Positions 1-12,300 of a stretch of 64,000 bases of DNA are shown piece after piece (the first letter of the stretch is position 1; each line of letters starts with the position of its first letter). The stretch is from Styela clava. Taxonomy: Eukaryota. Location: the NCBI RefSeq assembly GCF_964204865.1, contig NC_135255.1, forward strand, positions 15,500,001 through 15,564,000. The letters run 5' to 3'. Both the position numbers and the translations under genes were made by a program. The notes under the pieces are model-generated. The model did no database searches. It saw only the letters and a list, made by a program, of their open reading frames with translations, and was not told the origin of the DNA.

Positions 1-431
1 TGGATATACCCTTTGCCCATAGGCGAACAAAAGTAGTTACCTCCATATTGGTACACATACTTCTGGAGCGCCTAATTATGATTATAGTTTAGAAGTAATT
101 ATTTATACTGACCCCATCTATCTAGTCTTACATGCACTGTTTTAAAATGTTCTAATAAACATCCATATCTGGGCCACTAGTCAGCGTCGAATTTTGAGCT
201 TCTTAATTTGTTTCAATTATTAATATCAAAGGTATATATTTTCTCAACTGCAATCCTGTACTTTACACAGATGTAAAAATTTCTTTTATGAATCATATTA
301 CATTAGGATATAGAAAATCTATTATGACATCAAAACACATTTTCAAAAAATTGAATTTTTCCATTGTGCAATATACAAAATATGACATCACAAATTTTTA
401 ACATTTAATTATAAACACGTTTACCTATTAA

Positions 432-2323
432 CTCTTTGAACTCTGACGGCTCTGAGCGAAGTTACTCGCTCACCCTGAAGGTTCGCAGCGCCGTATTGGT
501 AGAACAATAAAATAAGTCTAAATACTGGCTATTTGGCACGCTTGTAACTTTTTACCAATTATAGGTAGCACGTTGTGAGACATTTCAATCGAAAGGAAAT
601 TTTATCGTGCATTCAGAATGTATTTTTCATTTTAAAATACATTTTGTCAAAATTAATAAAATTGACCTCAATCTAACAGTCATTTTTCTGCATGTATGTG
701 AGTTTTGGCTTGAAATTTTGTTAGTTTGGTACAAAATATACTGCCAATATTTGATGTTCATAAAGAGTTTTTTATAAGCTTTTTGTTGATATTCGAATTA
801 CTATTGTGGCTGCCATATAACCAATTTTATATTTAAATATTTAATTGTGTAACATTGTATCGGGTGAACAACATCGATAAGCGGCCATGACGCACTGATT
901 ACGCAGCTACGCAAAAGCCGATCACGTGACTACCGTCATGAAGATGTTGATAAGTACGTTCGGAACGTATTGCGTGGCAAAATGCGCAAGATAACTTTCA
1001 CGACGACGTTCTCAGCGGGACATCGGTCGCCGAGTTTCGATATGATATTAACCCTGTTTGGATTGAAGTACCGACGTCGAGTAATGCGTGCAGTAATAGC
1101 GAAGTGAAGTTAATATCGTCATATAAAATTTCACGTGGAAAATCTTTTATTCGCCCATGAGTATTTGTTCAAATATCAACCAAAATAAGTACTTGCCTGC
1201 TCTGCAGATCAAAATATCTGATTTTACGAATGTTAGGCGAAGCAAGTGGATGGAATAATATCTGAGAGCACTAATAATGCAGAAAGAGCAACTCTTATTC
1301 CAACAAGATCATATGCGTCGCCAGAACTAGATACCCCACCGCAAAACGCCAGTTCTAATAATAGATGCGTCGTATGCAGCAAAATTTACATTATTGCCAA
1401 AAAAACAATCCAGCTGCTAAAGACAAAGCGTTGCTGAAACGATGCGAGACAGTATATAAGTACAAATACTGTAATGAGTACCTATGTATAGGTAACGAAA
1501 CCAACAACTATTGGTATAACTGGCACAACAAAGTGCAATATTGGATTTAGTCTGCCTAATATTTTCATGTTCTTCATTGTTCCGGGCACAACAAAGTGCA
1601 ATATTCAATTTAAAATTTTTAGCAAGCAGTCTTGTTCATATTGCGTATACGTAACCACAACTTCATGGGGCTTGAGCGGGCAGTCAAAGTCAAAGCGTAG
1701 TGTGAATTTTGAATGCGTAGCATCGGGTTAATTAATTACTTCCTGCGGACATTTAAATAATAACATCTCGACGTAACGTTATTGCGGATATCGTCACGTT
1801 TAGGTGCATTTGCGTAATATGCGTAAAGTTGTGCGTGACGAGACGTTGCCTCTCTTCAATGAGAACATCAATTTGACGCAGCGTCGCTGTTAAATCTACA
1901 GATAATCTAATATATTTGGTCATAAAATTTGAATGGCTCATCGTAAAATCGTTTTGGATACGTATATAAAAAGCTATTCAAATTCTCCACATATATTGCC
2001 GATTGAATATGTGGCTATTTAGGCAAGAAGTCGAAATTCTTTATAATAAATATTTGTTATCATACAATAATTTCATACGCACTTTCAAATTGCCAATTTT
2101 ACTGAAACATCGTATATTAGAGCACCGATCATCACAATATAATTAGTCCCAATAACAAGCTTTCATGCAATATAAAATTTATTTAAATACTCATTGTGGT
2201 TCTTGAGATACGAGATCATAAAGTTGATTCCCTCCGACACGAAAAACAAGCCGGTAAACCGGCTTGCCGGGGCACAGAGCGTACTCAAACAAGCCGGTAA
2301 ACCGGCTTGCCGGGTTCAAGCGG
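432..2323 (+). mobile_element. Internally deleted piggyBac-like DNA transposon in a RhoGAP intron
   Basis: Flanked by TTAA (428-431, 2324-2327) with imperfect TIRs (TTAActctttgaactc / gggttcaagcggTTAA). Subterminal palindromes tgagcgaagttactcgctca and two copies of caagccggtaaaccggcttg. Frameshifted Cys-rich C-terminal domain remnant RCVVC...ETVYKYKYCNEYLCIG..WYNWH at ~1360-1550. Confidence 0.7.
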
Positions 2324-2369
2324 TTAACACCTATGATCATGAGAAAAGATTTTATTTTATTTGTTTCAG

Positions 2370-4404
2370 ATAATACCATTGAGCTCTTTTCTATGTCAGT
2401 CACTGTGCAAACAATAGCTGGATGTCTGACCTGGTTTTTCAGCCACAAAAATCTTCCAGAACCTCTCATTCCGCACAACCTTCATGAAGAATTTGAAGAA
2501 GCCATAAGTAAGCTGAGGATAATGGCGTAGAAACAAATCGATTTGCAAATTATTCGGTTCGTATTAGGCTAATTTGCAAATAATTGAATCATGTTGTAAT
2601 GTAAAGCAGTGCTTTCCAACAAATACTAAATCGATCAAATATACATTTTTTATATTGATCATTTGCATATTGTTATATTTTCACATATTTATTTGTAATG
2701 TTTCCATTTTGGTGCAGCAAAACTTCCATCAGATGGACGATTCGAAGAGGGTTTTCACTTAAATTCTGATGAAAGTTGATTACTTCAGATCAATAATAAT
2801 TATATTTTGGGTATATTATGTGTGAATTTCTGAAAAGTTTTATGTAATTTCGATTTTTTTGATATTATTCGTAAAAAAATGATTAATTTTATGGATGTAA
2901 GCTATAACTGAAAATGTTCAAAAATTGATCTCAATTATTTACATTTTAGGATAATCAATTTAGGTCTGATTATCATATGTAGACAGAATGTCTCAAAGTA
3001 ATTCCTATTTGCATAAAACATGCAATACATGTTTTTGGTCCTTTTTTATGTTTTGTTGAATGTGTTTTTTTAGTCTGGCTATTTCATTGCGGTAAACAAA
3101 ATAATCAATCGATAAATTTGGAGCTTCATTCTCGTATACATTTAGCCTCACGCAAAGGATAGAAACGTGCAAATTTTCTTGGAATTACTATTCTTTTGAT
3201 AGAATTGTACATAGGTATTTGCAAATAGTAAATTTCAGTGTTACCCTTGCAAATAATTTATTGTAGCAATCAAATAAAAATGTGTAGGATTGAAACAAAA
3301 TATTCTGCATTAACCATTTAAAAATGCAAAATGTTCTATTACGCTTCTTCGTTAATTAGACTTCTTCGTAATTTTAATCACACTAATCTAACATTTCTCC
3401 TTTCACAGATATGCCTGATCCATCACTCCGAAATTTATCTGTTCGAGGAGTCATAAGAAAATTACCTAAATCTCACTATGCTACTTTTAAATATATCTGC
3501 AAATATTTGAACACGTAAGTCTGATTTTTTATGACATCTTGCTCTACTAAGAAGCTGTGTTTATGACATCTTGCTCTACTAACAAGGAAAAGTATTTTCT
3601 AGTCGAAAATAGCAGCTGAGCCTAAGAATATGGATGTTTCTGACCATTGGCATTCTATTTGTGATTTGAGTAAGCAATTGCCAAGTCTCGCTTTCTAACT
3701 TCTATAATTGTAAACAATACCATTCGCCAATAAAAACCGCCAAGAAATAAAGACGTTCAGGTTTACTGACTGAGCTGGTGGAAATAAGCTATTGCACTCT
3801 TGACTGGATATTATTTTATGTGCTTTTAACAAAGCTCAATAAAACCAGTCGCTGCTGGGTGGGGGGTTACTATATTTTCGAACGACTGGAAATTTGCGAC
3901 TCAATTTATTAAATCCAAGGTTGGGTGACAGGTGTGGGATTTGAATCAGGAATTTTTGTCCCACGATGCCGACATGTGTTAACACAGTGTTGTTAATTGT
4001 AATTTAGTTGTACATCTGGCAACTAGTTTTTTCCAAGATGACTGAGTCAGTGATGTCATCAGTTGACTGATCATGATATCACCACATGTGGGAGTGACGT
4101 GACCGCCTGCTCCCTAGAGTTGTTGCTCAGTTCTGTTGGTTTTTTCACTAAAGTAACTTTTGGCTATTTATATATTTATACTAAGTTATTAACAAATATT
4201 CTAATTTGTTTCAGTGTCTGTCAGCATGAGAGTGAGAATAATATGAACAGTGAAAACATCTCAATCTGTTGGTGGCCGACATTATTTAGACCAGATTTAG
4301 ACGATATGAAATCGGTTTTGTTCGGACGACCTTGTTTGAAGGACGTTTTACTTGCTTGCATTGTCCAATGTGGTTTTATTTTTTACAACAAACCCGAAGT
4401 TTGA
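2370..4404 (+). CDS. ARHGAP35: p190 RhoGAP (ARHGAP35/ARHGAP5-like), last three coding exons; the 5' part lies upstream of the window
   Basis: Phase-consistent AG/GT exons 2370-2507, 3409-3514 and 4215-4404 give DNTIELFSMSVTVQTIAGCLTWFFSHKNLPEPLIP...KLPKSHYATFKYICKYLNTVCQHESENNMNSENISICWWPTLFRPD...QCGFIFYNKPEV*. This matches the RhoGAP C-terminus of the p190 family (N.M.SENLSICFWPTL.RPD...QC.FFFYN). Orthology to ARHGAP35 versus ARHGAP5 is not resolvable. Confidence 0.85.
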
Positions 4405-6371
4405 ATTCGAGAACTTTAATTCAAGTAACAATGATAACTGTTGCTTTTTTGTTGACTTGAACGTCAACCTTGTATTGTCGAACGCAAGAGGTCATCTTCA
4501 GAGATGATTGTCTCTCGATGATGTCTAACGCTAACCCATTATCCGAATTATAACGTTTCGAGATTCGGAAGTAAATTCGATTTTGAACTAAGATCGAGCG
4601 TTGAGAAGAGCAAAATAGAAAAACTATTTGTTCTTCGTAGTTTCAAGCGTTGTATTTCCATATTATGATGTCATAAAGCTGCTTCGCAAACATAATTCTT
4701 TCGACTGCTTTATTTTGTTTTAATTATCGTCAAGTAGCAACAGCATATTTGTTATTGCTGTGCTGTAGGTTGATAGCGAAACACTGTCTAATTAATATTC
4801 TTATTTTGTTCCTGGTTTTGTTCAAATCATCCAATTATTGATATATTGTATTTGTTTGGATCATTTATAAAGTATGATTTGAGGAATTAATCAGAACATC
4901 AAGCAGGGATGTCCACAACTCAATTTTTTTTATTCCCTTACAGTTTTAAAAAAAAAAAATTATCACATTTCTGATTCCCAATAAACTTTGATTTTCAAGT
5001 AATGTTAAGTATTGTGGCATTCCAAATAAAGTATGGTATGATAAAAATTCAGTACATTCTACAAAATCCCTCACTTTGTTGAGTGCAATTTATGATACAA
5101 CGATTTTTGTTTCAAATTCGCACATATATATCATATTTTTTTGCTCGAAATTGCTGAAATAGGTACACAAATCATAATATGTGTCTTACTATGATAAACA
5201 TTATTACTATTCGTTAATATAAGTATTGACAAGTCAATTTCGTTGTTTGTTCAAATTGTCTCGCATCCCTGCTTGCAACATGCTCGAATCGGCGCTTAAA
5301 GTTTTCCAATAATTATGCCGTGTGGACTATTGTCGTTAAAAATCAATTGACAATAATCTTATTTCTTTCTTCACACCATTTTTTTCTGCTTGTTGAGAAA
5401 AACTTTCTTATTACCGGATTTCAAAGTTTTTAAAAGCTATTGATTTTATTTTTCCAAAGTTTTTCTTTGTCATATTAGGATCGATAATTCAAGTACAATT
5501 TTTCAGCGAATATTACGCCGCCACGTGACCTCATGTCAGATTAGTCCGCCATCTTTTCGACAACCCAGACACTCAACCGATGTGATGCTACGAAGGGTCT
5601 TGACTTGCAATTATAACAGATTTTCAGTGTAAGTCCAATGGGCTACCGGTACGACGGTTACAGTAGGACATAACATTTCAAGAATTCAATGCTAACGTTA
5701 GATACAATCAGGTTACTTCAATATAACCAATGCAATGCAATACTGGACATCGTTGATTCGCGAAAGAGTAATAAGTGGTTAACGAGAAAGCCTGTGGCAA
5801 GTATACTCCTCCATTTCATTTTAACAGATTAGGATTGGCACATTTCGTGAACAGTATTTGAAGCTGGATTCCCAACAAAGCAACACCCGGTTCTAGTTGT
5901 TTGTAAAAGAATACTATTCCGACCAACATAGCACATTGGACTGGCAAACATGGAAAGTCAATATATATAGTCAAATAGTCAATTTTTTTTTTATTTATTA
6001 AAAGGAGAAATAAAAATCACTTCGCAAAATAGCATTTCGTGCTATTTCAATTTAAATCATGACCACTTACCAGTCTTATTTTCCTGTTGCCCTCAACAAT
6101 TGCTGCAAGATTGGTTCTTTCTTCAGAAGACATCGCGACGTAGTAATAGATTAGAAAATGCTGGCATACTACAGTCCGTGAAGCAAATACATATTAGTCG
6201 ATGCGATAGGTTTGTTTGACTTTCTAGAATATGTCAGAGTTATAGCAAACACCGTGAAAGAGCTGACGAGGAATGGCGAACTTTAGTCGAATCACCAACA
6301 GACTTGTATGCTTTGCAAGTCATTTTATCACATCAGCTAATAAAAACCAAAACCTTTTAAACACTTTATTA

Positions 6372-7439
6372 CAGGGGTGTGCAACATTTAATACATGGGG
6401 GACAGATACAAATAACAGAGTGAAACCGCGGACCGCACCTCTATTTAACGTAGGCTTTCGAGTAGTTTCAGCGTAGATATATACTACTACGTTTCAGGCA
6501 TACAAATTTTGGCTACTGTATTGATATCATGACATGCGTTGTTCGCCTCGCACAAGCTAGCTGTTAGGGCATTGTGACGTCATAGACCTAGATAATGAAT
6601 TTGACTCTAGCACAGTACTCTTCAACATATGTTCCGCGGAACCCTAGGGTTCCGCAATACATGCAGTGGGGTTCCGTCAGTTTATAGGGGTTCCGCGTTT
6701 TTTTTTCGTGGGGAAATCATTTCTTGCTTCAGCATGTTGATGCGTCATTATAAATATTCTTAGACCACCGTATCTCATTCAAACTCCAAGTAGGCCAGTT
6801 CGTTAAACAGGAGGTTTTGGCACAGTGCAGTTAAGATAAAAAAAGGAAATATTTTCGGTTGTTGCGTCACTTTAGTTATTGTTATGCAACTAACAAGAAC
6901 GCTATTGTTGCACCATAGTTACATTATCTTCAAAGTTTGTAGATATTGCTCGAGACTAGAGAGAGTGTATACTACAAACTAGAGTTGTTGTTCAGCTTTT
7001 GTTGGAATATAGTAAAAAAAGTGTGAAACCCAACTTTTTAATATTTAGTCAATACAGATGAAGCAAAATAGTATATTTTCTTATGTGAGGCGAAATAATA
7101 ACAATGGTGAAGGTCTGGACGGCAATGAGCAAAGTAGTTCAAATGGAAAAAAGGGGCATCTGCTCCTCCTCCGAAGCGAACCAAATGTAATTCAATTGCC
7201 AAAGTTAGAACTTTTTTTTAAATTTTGTTAATTGGGGTTCCATAAAAAACGAAAAATTATATCAGGGGTTCCACAATAACAAAAAGGTTGAAGAGCACTG
7301 CTCTAGTATATATAATAGACTGAAACGGGATTAGAATAACTAGCACGTACCAGATTTAAAACAAAAACTCGTTTTGCGGGTCGCGTAATTTTATCTTGTT
7401 GACGGCATTTGGACCACGAGCGCAGGTTGCACACCCTTG
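6372..7439. mobile_element. Non-autonomous hAT element carrying a nested younger hAT
   Basis: TIRs caggggtgtgcaac / gttgcacacccttg; degraded 8-bp TSD (ctttatta / cttcactc). Confidence 0.65.
6613..7300. mobile_element. Non-autonomous hAT (Buster/Charlie-like) element
   Basis: TIRs cagtactcttcaac / gttgaagagcactg; TSD ctctagca / ctctagta; repeated subterminal ggggttccg motifs. Confidence 0.85.
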
Positions 7440-8145
7440 CTTCACTCCATACACGACCACTGGTTTTAAAAATGGGAGGTAAAATAACCCCTTACAAAAC
7501 CATAAAGCTACTGGCATTTCAGTGACAGTAAATTGGTGATTAGGCCTGCCTCAATTCAATCTAATAACAATCTAAAAATTGTCATGATCGTACCCAACTG
7601 CGTCTACATGTTGGTATCTGTTTACTCTGGTTTCTGGAATAAATCATCTGAAATAAAAGTGGGACTGAGCGGAATATAGTTTATTTAGAGGGGAATTACC
7701 CCTCAAACTTTTTGAAACCATGAACATATTTACCCAAGCTTTTTAGGTTCGACATATTTATGCTACTGCATGTTTTTCACAAAAGAATTTAATAATATCG
7801 AGTTGGCCCACCAGAAATCGCCACTGGCCTGGCCTGCGAATTCTCAGGGCTTGGATACCGTCCTGATTTTTACGAAATATTCTTTGTATTTGAGGTGTAT
7901 CCTTGCTTTGGCTTATTTTATCCAGAGGATAAACATAATAATAAAAAACTAAGTATACAATTAACGGTGGCTCTTTAGTTGGGCTTTCCTATCTCCTTAC
8001 TTTATTATTTATTTAGCTATAATCACTCTTGTCTCTTGCAAACAAAAGTAAATCTGGATTTTGAGTAGCATCAAAATAATATATCGTACGATGAAAAATT
8101 TATTCAGTGAATAGTTGGCGTTGGCGGCAGTGAATATACTTGAAA

Positions 8146-8373
8146 GGGTGCTACCGAAGTATGTGAACCAAGATGGCGGACACCGGAACGTAGTATGTTC
8201 ACCAGTTTAGGGTTGGGCCATAATTTTATTCCATTTTAGTGCTATTGCAGGTTTGGGGACTAGCCAAGAGCCTCCCCTAGTAATTGTCCCTGTAATTATG
8301 GCCTAACGTAAACCTTGTACACATACTACGTTCCGGTGCCCGCCATCTTGGTTCACATACTTCGGGAGTACCC
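8146..8373. mobile_element. Palindromic MITE, family A
   Basis: ~90-bp inverted arms (..gaagtatgtgaaccaagatggcggacaccggaacgtagtatgt..); related copies at 36636-36876, 57371-57480 and 57709-57808. Confidence 0.8.
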
Positions 8374-8602
8374 CTAAAAGTACTTGGAACAATTAAGTTT
8401 TCGCTATATTTATTCTGATTACCGACTTATATAAGCCCTGCCTAAGATACGCGTGTAATGCTCGAAAAATACAAAGTCAACCCAATTTACTGGACAAACG
8501 AGCTTAGTGCAATTATGAAGGTACATTTTCGGCCGAGGGGAATCCAAGACTTCTGTTTCCCACGTTTTTATAAATGAAAAATTTAAATTGGTGATTCTGA
8601 AT

Positions 8603-8829
8603 GGCACTTAGGATACAGCGCTTGTATGTGTAAGTATGTGTACCAATATGGAGGTAACTAATTTTTGTTCGCCTATTTTCATCAAGTTGTGCAAAGGGAC
8701 CGAAACCTATTGGCAGGGGGTATATTAACTTGGCTAACACAGACAGTCTCCAAACTCGTAATTGAACTAAAATACGGAAAATAGGAATAAAATTATGTTT
8801 TAACCTGGTACGCATTCTACGGGAGTACC
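8603..8829. mobile_element. MITE family B (related to family A)
   Basis: gtgtaccaatatggaggtaactaattt..gttcgccta..ggagtacc; further copies at 1-72, 35992-36196, 39434-39632 and 57864-58064. Confidence 0.75.
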
Positions 8830-9349
8830 TAGGATGCAGTATTTCAGTCAGACGCTCAATGCTCACGATACCGTGCTGTAAAAACTAGAGCTCAGAACTC
8901 GAAAAAAAGTCCAGTGCATTTTATTCATTCTTGATTATATGAGGTAGGCCTAATATATACTAAAAGTTTGTAGCTTTATATTTATCAGTTGAGGTTTCAC
9001 AAATCAAATTTTACCAAGAAAAATCATGTGGAGCAAAAATAAAAAAAAATTCGAAATTTAATTTTGACGAAATCGAAAAAATGGGGTTCTTGAGAATAGC
9101 AAAATACACGAAATTCGGTTTGTTTCTTTAACATTTCAAAGCAAAGTGGGATATTTCTAATTTTATCTACCCGATACTCATTTTAGTAATTCCACTATTT
9201 CTTTTTGTAACAGATCATAAAGAAATAAATTATGTACAACAAGTGGAAAAATATGTTTACTTTCGGACCCAAATTTGGTGGATATGAAGCTTTTGCTTTT
9301 TACAAAGAACTCCGGTGATTATTTATCGGGAATTTAGGATTGTTTCAAA

Positions 9350-12300
9350 TTATAGAATCATTACAAAAGCACCAACTAAGACAAGCAAAAGTATCGAAAC
9401 AACCAATACAACCACACCAATCGAAATACTGGCTCTATTTCCTGTTATTTGTGACGTCACTGTTGGTAGAATTTGTTCTTCATTCTCGCATATATCATCC
9501 CAATTGCACGTATCGTCACCGTCAAAATATTGAACCAATTCCTCTAAGTCCCAAAGGCCGTCAGGGTCATTAGTTGGATGATCAAGAGGCATCCGTATGA
9601 GTTTTTCGTTGAGAAAGATTTGAATTTTCCTTTCGTTCTCTGTAAGAAGAATTCAAGACAAATCGGTTGAAATTGTGAAATATTTTACATGAAACTAATT
9701 TCAATAATTTATTTGTACTAGTGAACAATTAACGGTAAAATTCGAGTTTCGAAAGTGAGAAAATGCTAGCCTACTGCAGTTCATAAAACAAATACAAAAA
9801 GCTATTCATAAAACAAATACTCGATGCGATAGGTTTGTTTCCAGAATATGTCAAATTTAGGCTATTGCGAACACCATCTAAAACAGGGGCGGGCAAGGTT
9901 TTTTACCCAAGGGCCAAAGAATTCGCCCATTTAGTTAGGCGGGCCATGTAATTGAGACGTAAAAAGTACATTTTAGGAACAATATTTACAGTATTATAAA
10001 GCAAAGGTGGAAAACAATATGCCTCGTGCAAAAACTAAATTTAACCGCAATTTCAACAAATTCCTTGAGCTATTTTAGCCAAAACATCAAAATTTGGTTG
10101 AGACAGCATCAGGCGGGCCAAATTGAATTAACCTACGGGCCAGATTTGTCCCGCGGGCCGTACTTTGCCCATGTCTGGTCTAAAAGCTGACGAATGACGG
10201 CAAACTTAGACCGTAACACAACAGACCTTCTGCGTAATTCCACCACATTAGCTAGTGAAAACTAAAACATTTTACATGGCTTTACTCCACACGTGACCGC
10301 TGGCTTCAGATATGCAATATAAAATAACCACTAACTAAGCCAAAAACGCATACTAACAATATTCTACATTTAGAGTTGAGAAACTCAAAAGTGAGAACTT
10401 GATCTATAAAAAGATGGGATCAAGGCTCCCGCTAAAAAAAAAAACACTCCGCAAACGCTTAAAATAAGAAAATTAATAATTGCCCAATTAGGGTTAGAAA
10501 TGCAAATTGCGCTGGCCTAACCTCAACTGGATAATAACTAATTTGTGATTTTTTCTCAAATCACACATTTTTGCATTAGTGGCGTTTTTTGTTTTGTAAA
10601 AAGATCCTAATTGTGTTGTTCTGCGACACAAACAGAATCGCAAGATGACTCACCACGGATCACTGCTCAAGAATGCGAAGCATATCGGTCTTCATTAAAT
10701 CATTCATATTTAACTTACAAACAAATTTGAATCACACGACCTACCAGCACATTTATATACTACGAAAGCTATGTTAGCTGCTCCAGGAGTGTAAATAGAC
10801 GCTCGGAAAGTTCGGGTTCGTTTCTCCGGATATTCATCACTACCAAGTCGACCTTCGTCCTGTAATCACAATTGCTAGTTCTTACTCAGTATTATTTTGA
10901 AAACATTGTCATCAAGTACAATATTATTACTTTGAGGGCGATCGGATACAACTATGATAATAGGAAAATAGTGTATTACCGTACTTAATATATCATGCAG
11001 CCTTTTTACGCTGTGACATTGAGATCAAAATTACAAATATTTATTCAGAATTTTAAAAGCTTTTACTGCCTTTCAGATTTGAAGTGTCTTAAGAATGAAG
11101 ATTGTTGTGTTTCCGAATTCATTGTGATACGGTAGGAAAATTACAACTTCTCTTCTTGGCACTTGGCATTTGTAAAAAACAATCACAATGATTAGTGTGT
11201 GCTTCAGGACAGTCATACTTAAAACAAACAAATTTTACTTACCCGTATAAGTCGCATTTCTGTAAGTAACGACATCATCGTGGTTGAGTGCCCAAATCCG
11301 AACAGCCCAATATTATCTTTATTATTTTCGTCAGGTAATGATTCCTTTAAGAATGATACAATCAGATCTTTCAATTTGCAACTCTGTCTATGATTGATTT
11401 TGTGTCCAAAACTTTTTTCCAAATAATCGTCCATATCTTCGCCGTATTCAAATGCTGGAGAAAAGGATTGAAAAAGTCAATAATTTTACAATGAGATACA
11501 CACTTAGCCTAACTTCACCAGTAATGTTTGTGACATTTCCACTTAGTTTGAAAACTGTATCTTTTGATTGTTAATAGTTTGAACTATGTAATATTATATA
11601 AAGTGATTGAATTCGATTAAATATTAATGTTAATAATGTCGCCTATTCGCGCTTGACTGCAGAGTGCGAATATATTCTTGTATCAAGAACCATAATTTGG
11701 ACGCAATCTAACATTGTTTCTCAAATTTGTTATATAGGCTACACATATTATTCAATTGTATTGGTGTCTCGTTTTTTATGTTTTATAAATAATAATTAGA
11801 AGCATTTGCGTTAACTAAATTTATTCATTAAGGGGAACCAGCGTCGTAGGTGTCGCGACTCCCTTGCGACTCCTGTCACACATATAAAGTTCGTCTTTTA
11901 TTTACTTTATATCTTACCATATTTCCGTGATATATTTATATTGCTCGTGTTGACGAAAAAATGATGATTGATTGATATATATAGACATCTAAGAATAACA
12001 AACATCTAACGGTATATTTCCATATAAAATTGTACCCTGGAGATCTTCTTTGGTAAATGCTTTGCACCAGACACTGTCTTGACCCGTCGCCCATTCTTCT
12101 TCCGCGCACCCTTCTTTTCTGATTTCATCTACCAACTCATTTGTGATATCGTTCCGCGGAATTCCAAGTCTTCGTGCAACCATATCAGCAATACGAGTTA
12201 TGATTGGACCTAGGCAAAGAGATGAAACATTAGTGTCATAAAACACAGTGTGGCACCACAGGAGTTGCGAGTTGACTCGTAGATTGTCTTGGCGGGCCGC

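Noticed and set aside
5780-7650. Possible extra minus-strand exons (acceptor-like site at 7648; open stretch 5815-5950)
   Set aside because: No consistent phase, start codon or recognisable homology could be assembled.
8200-8220. TTAGGG telomere-like motifs here and elsewhere
   Set aside because: Single units embedded in MITE family sequences, not arrays.
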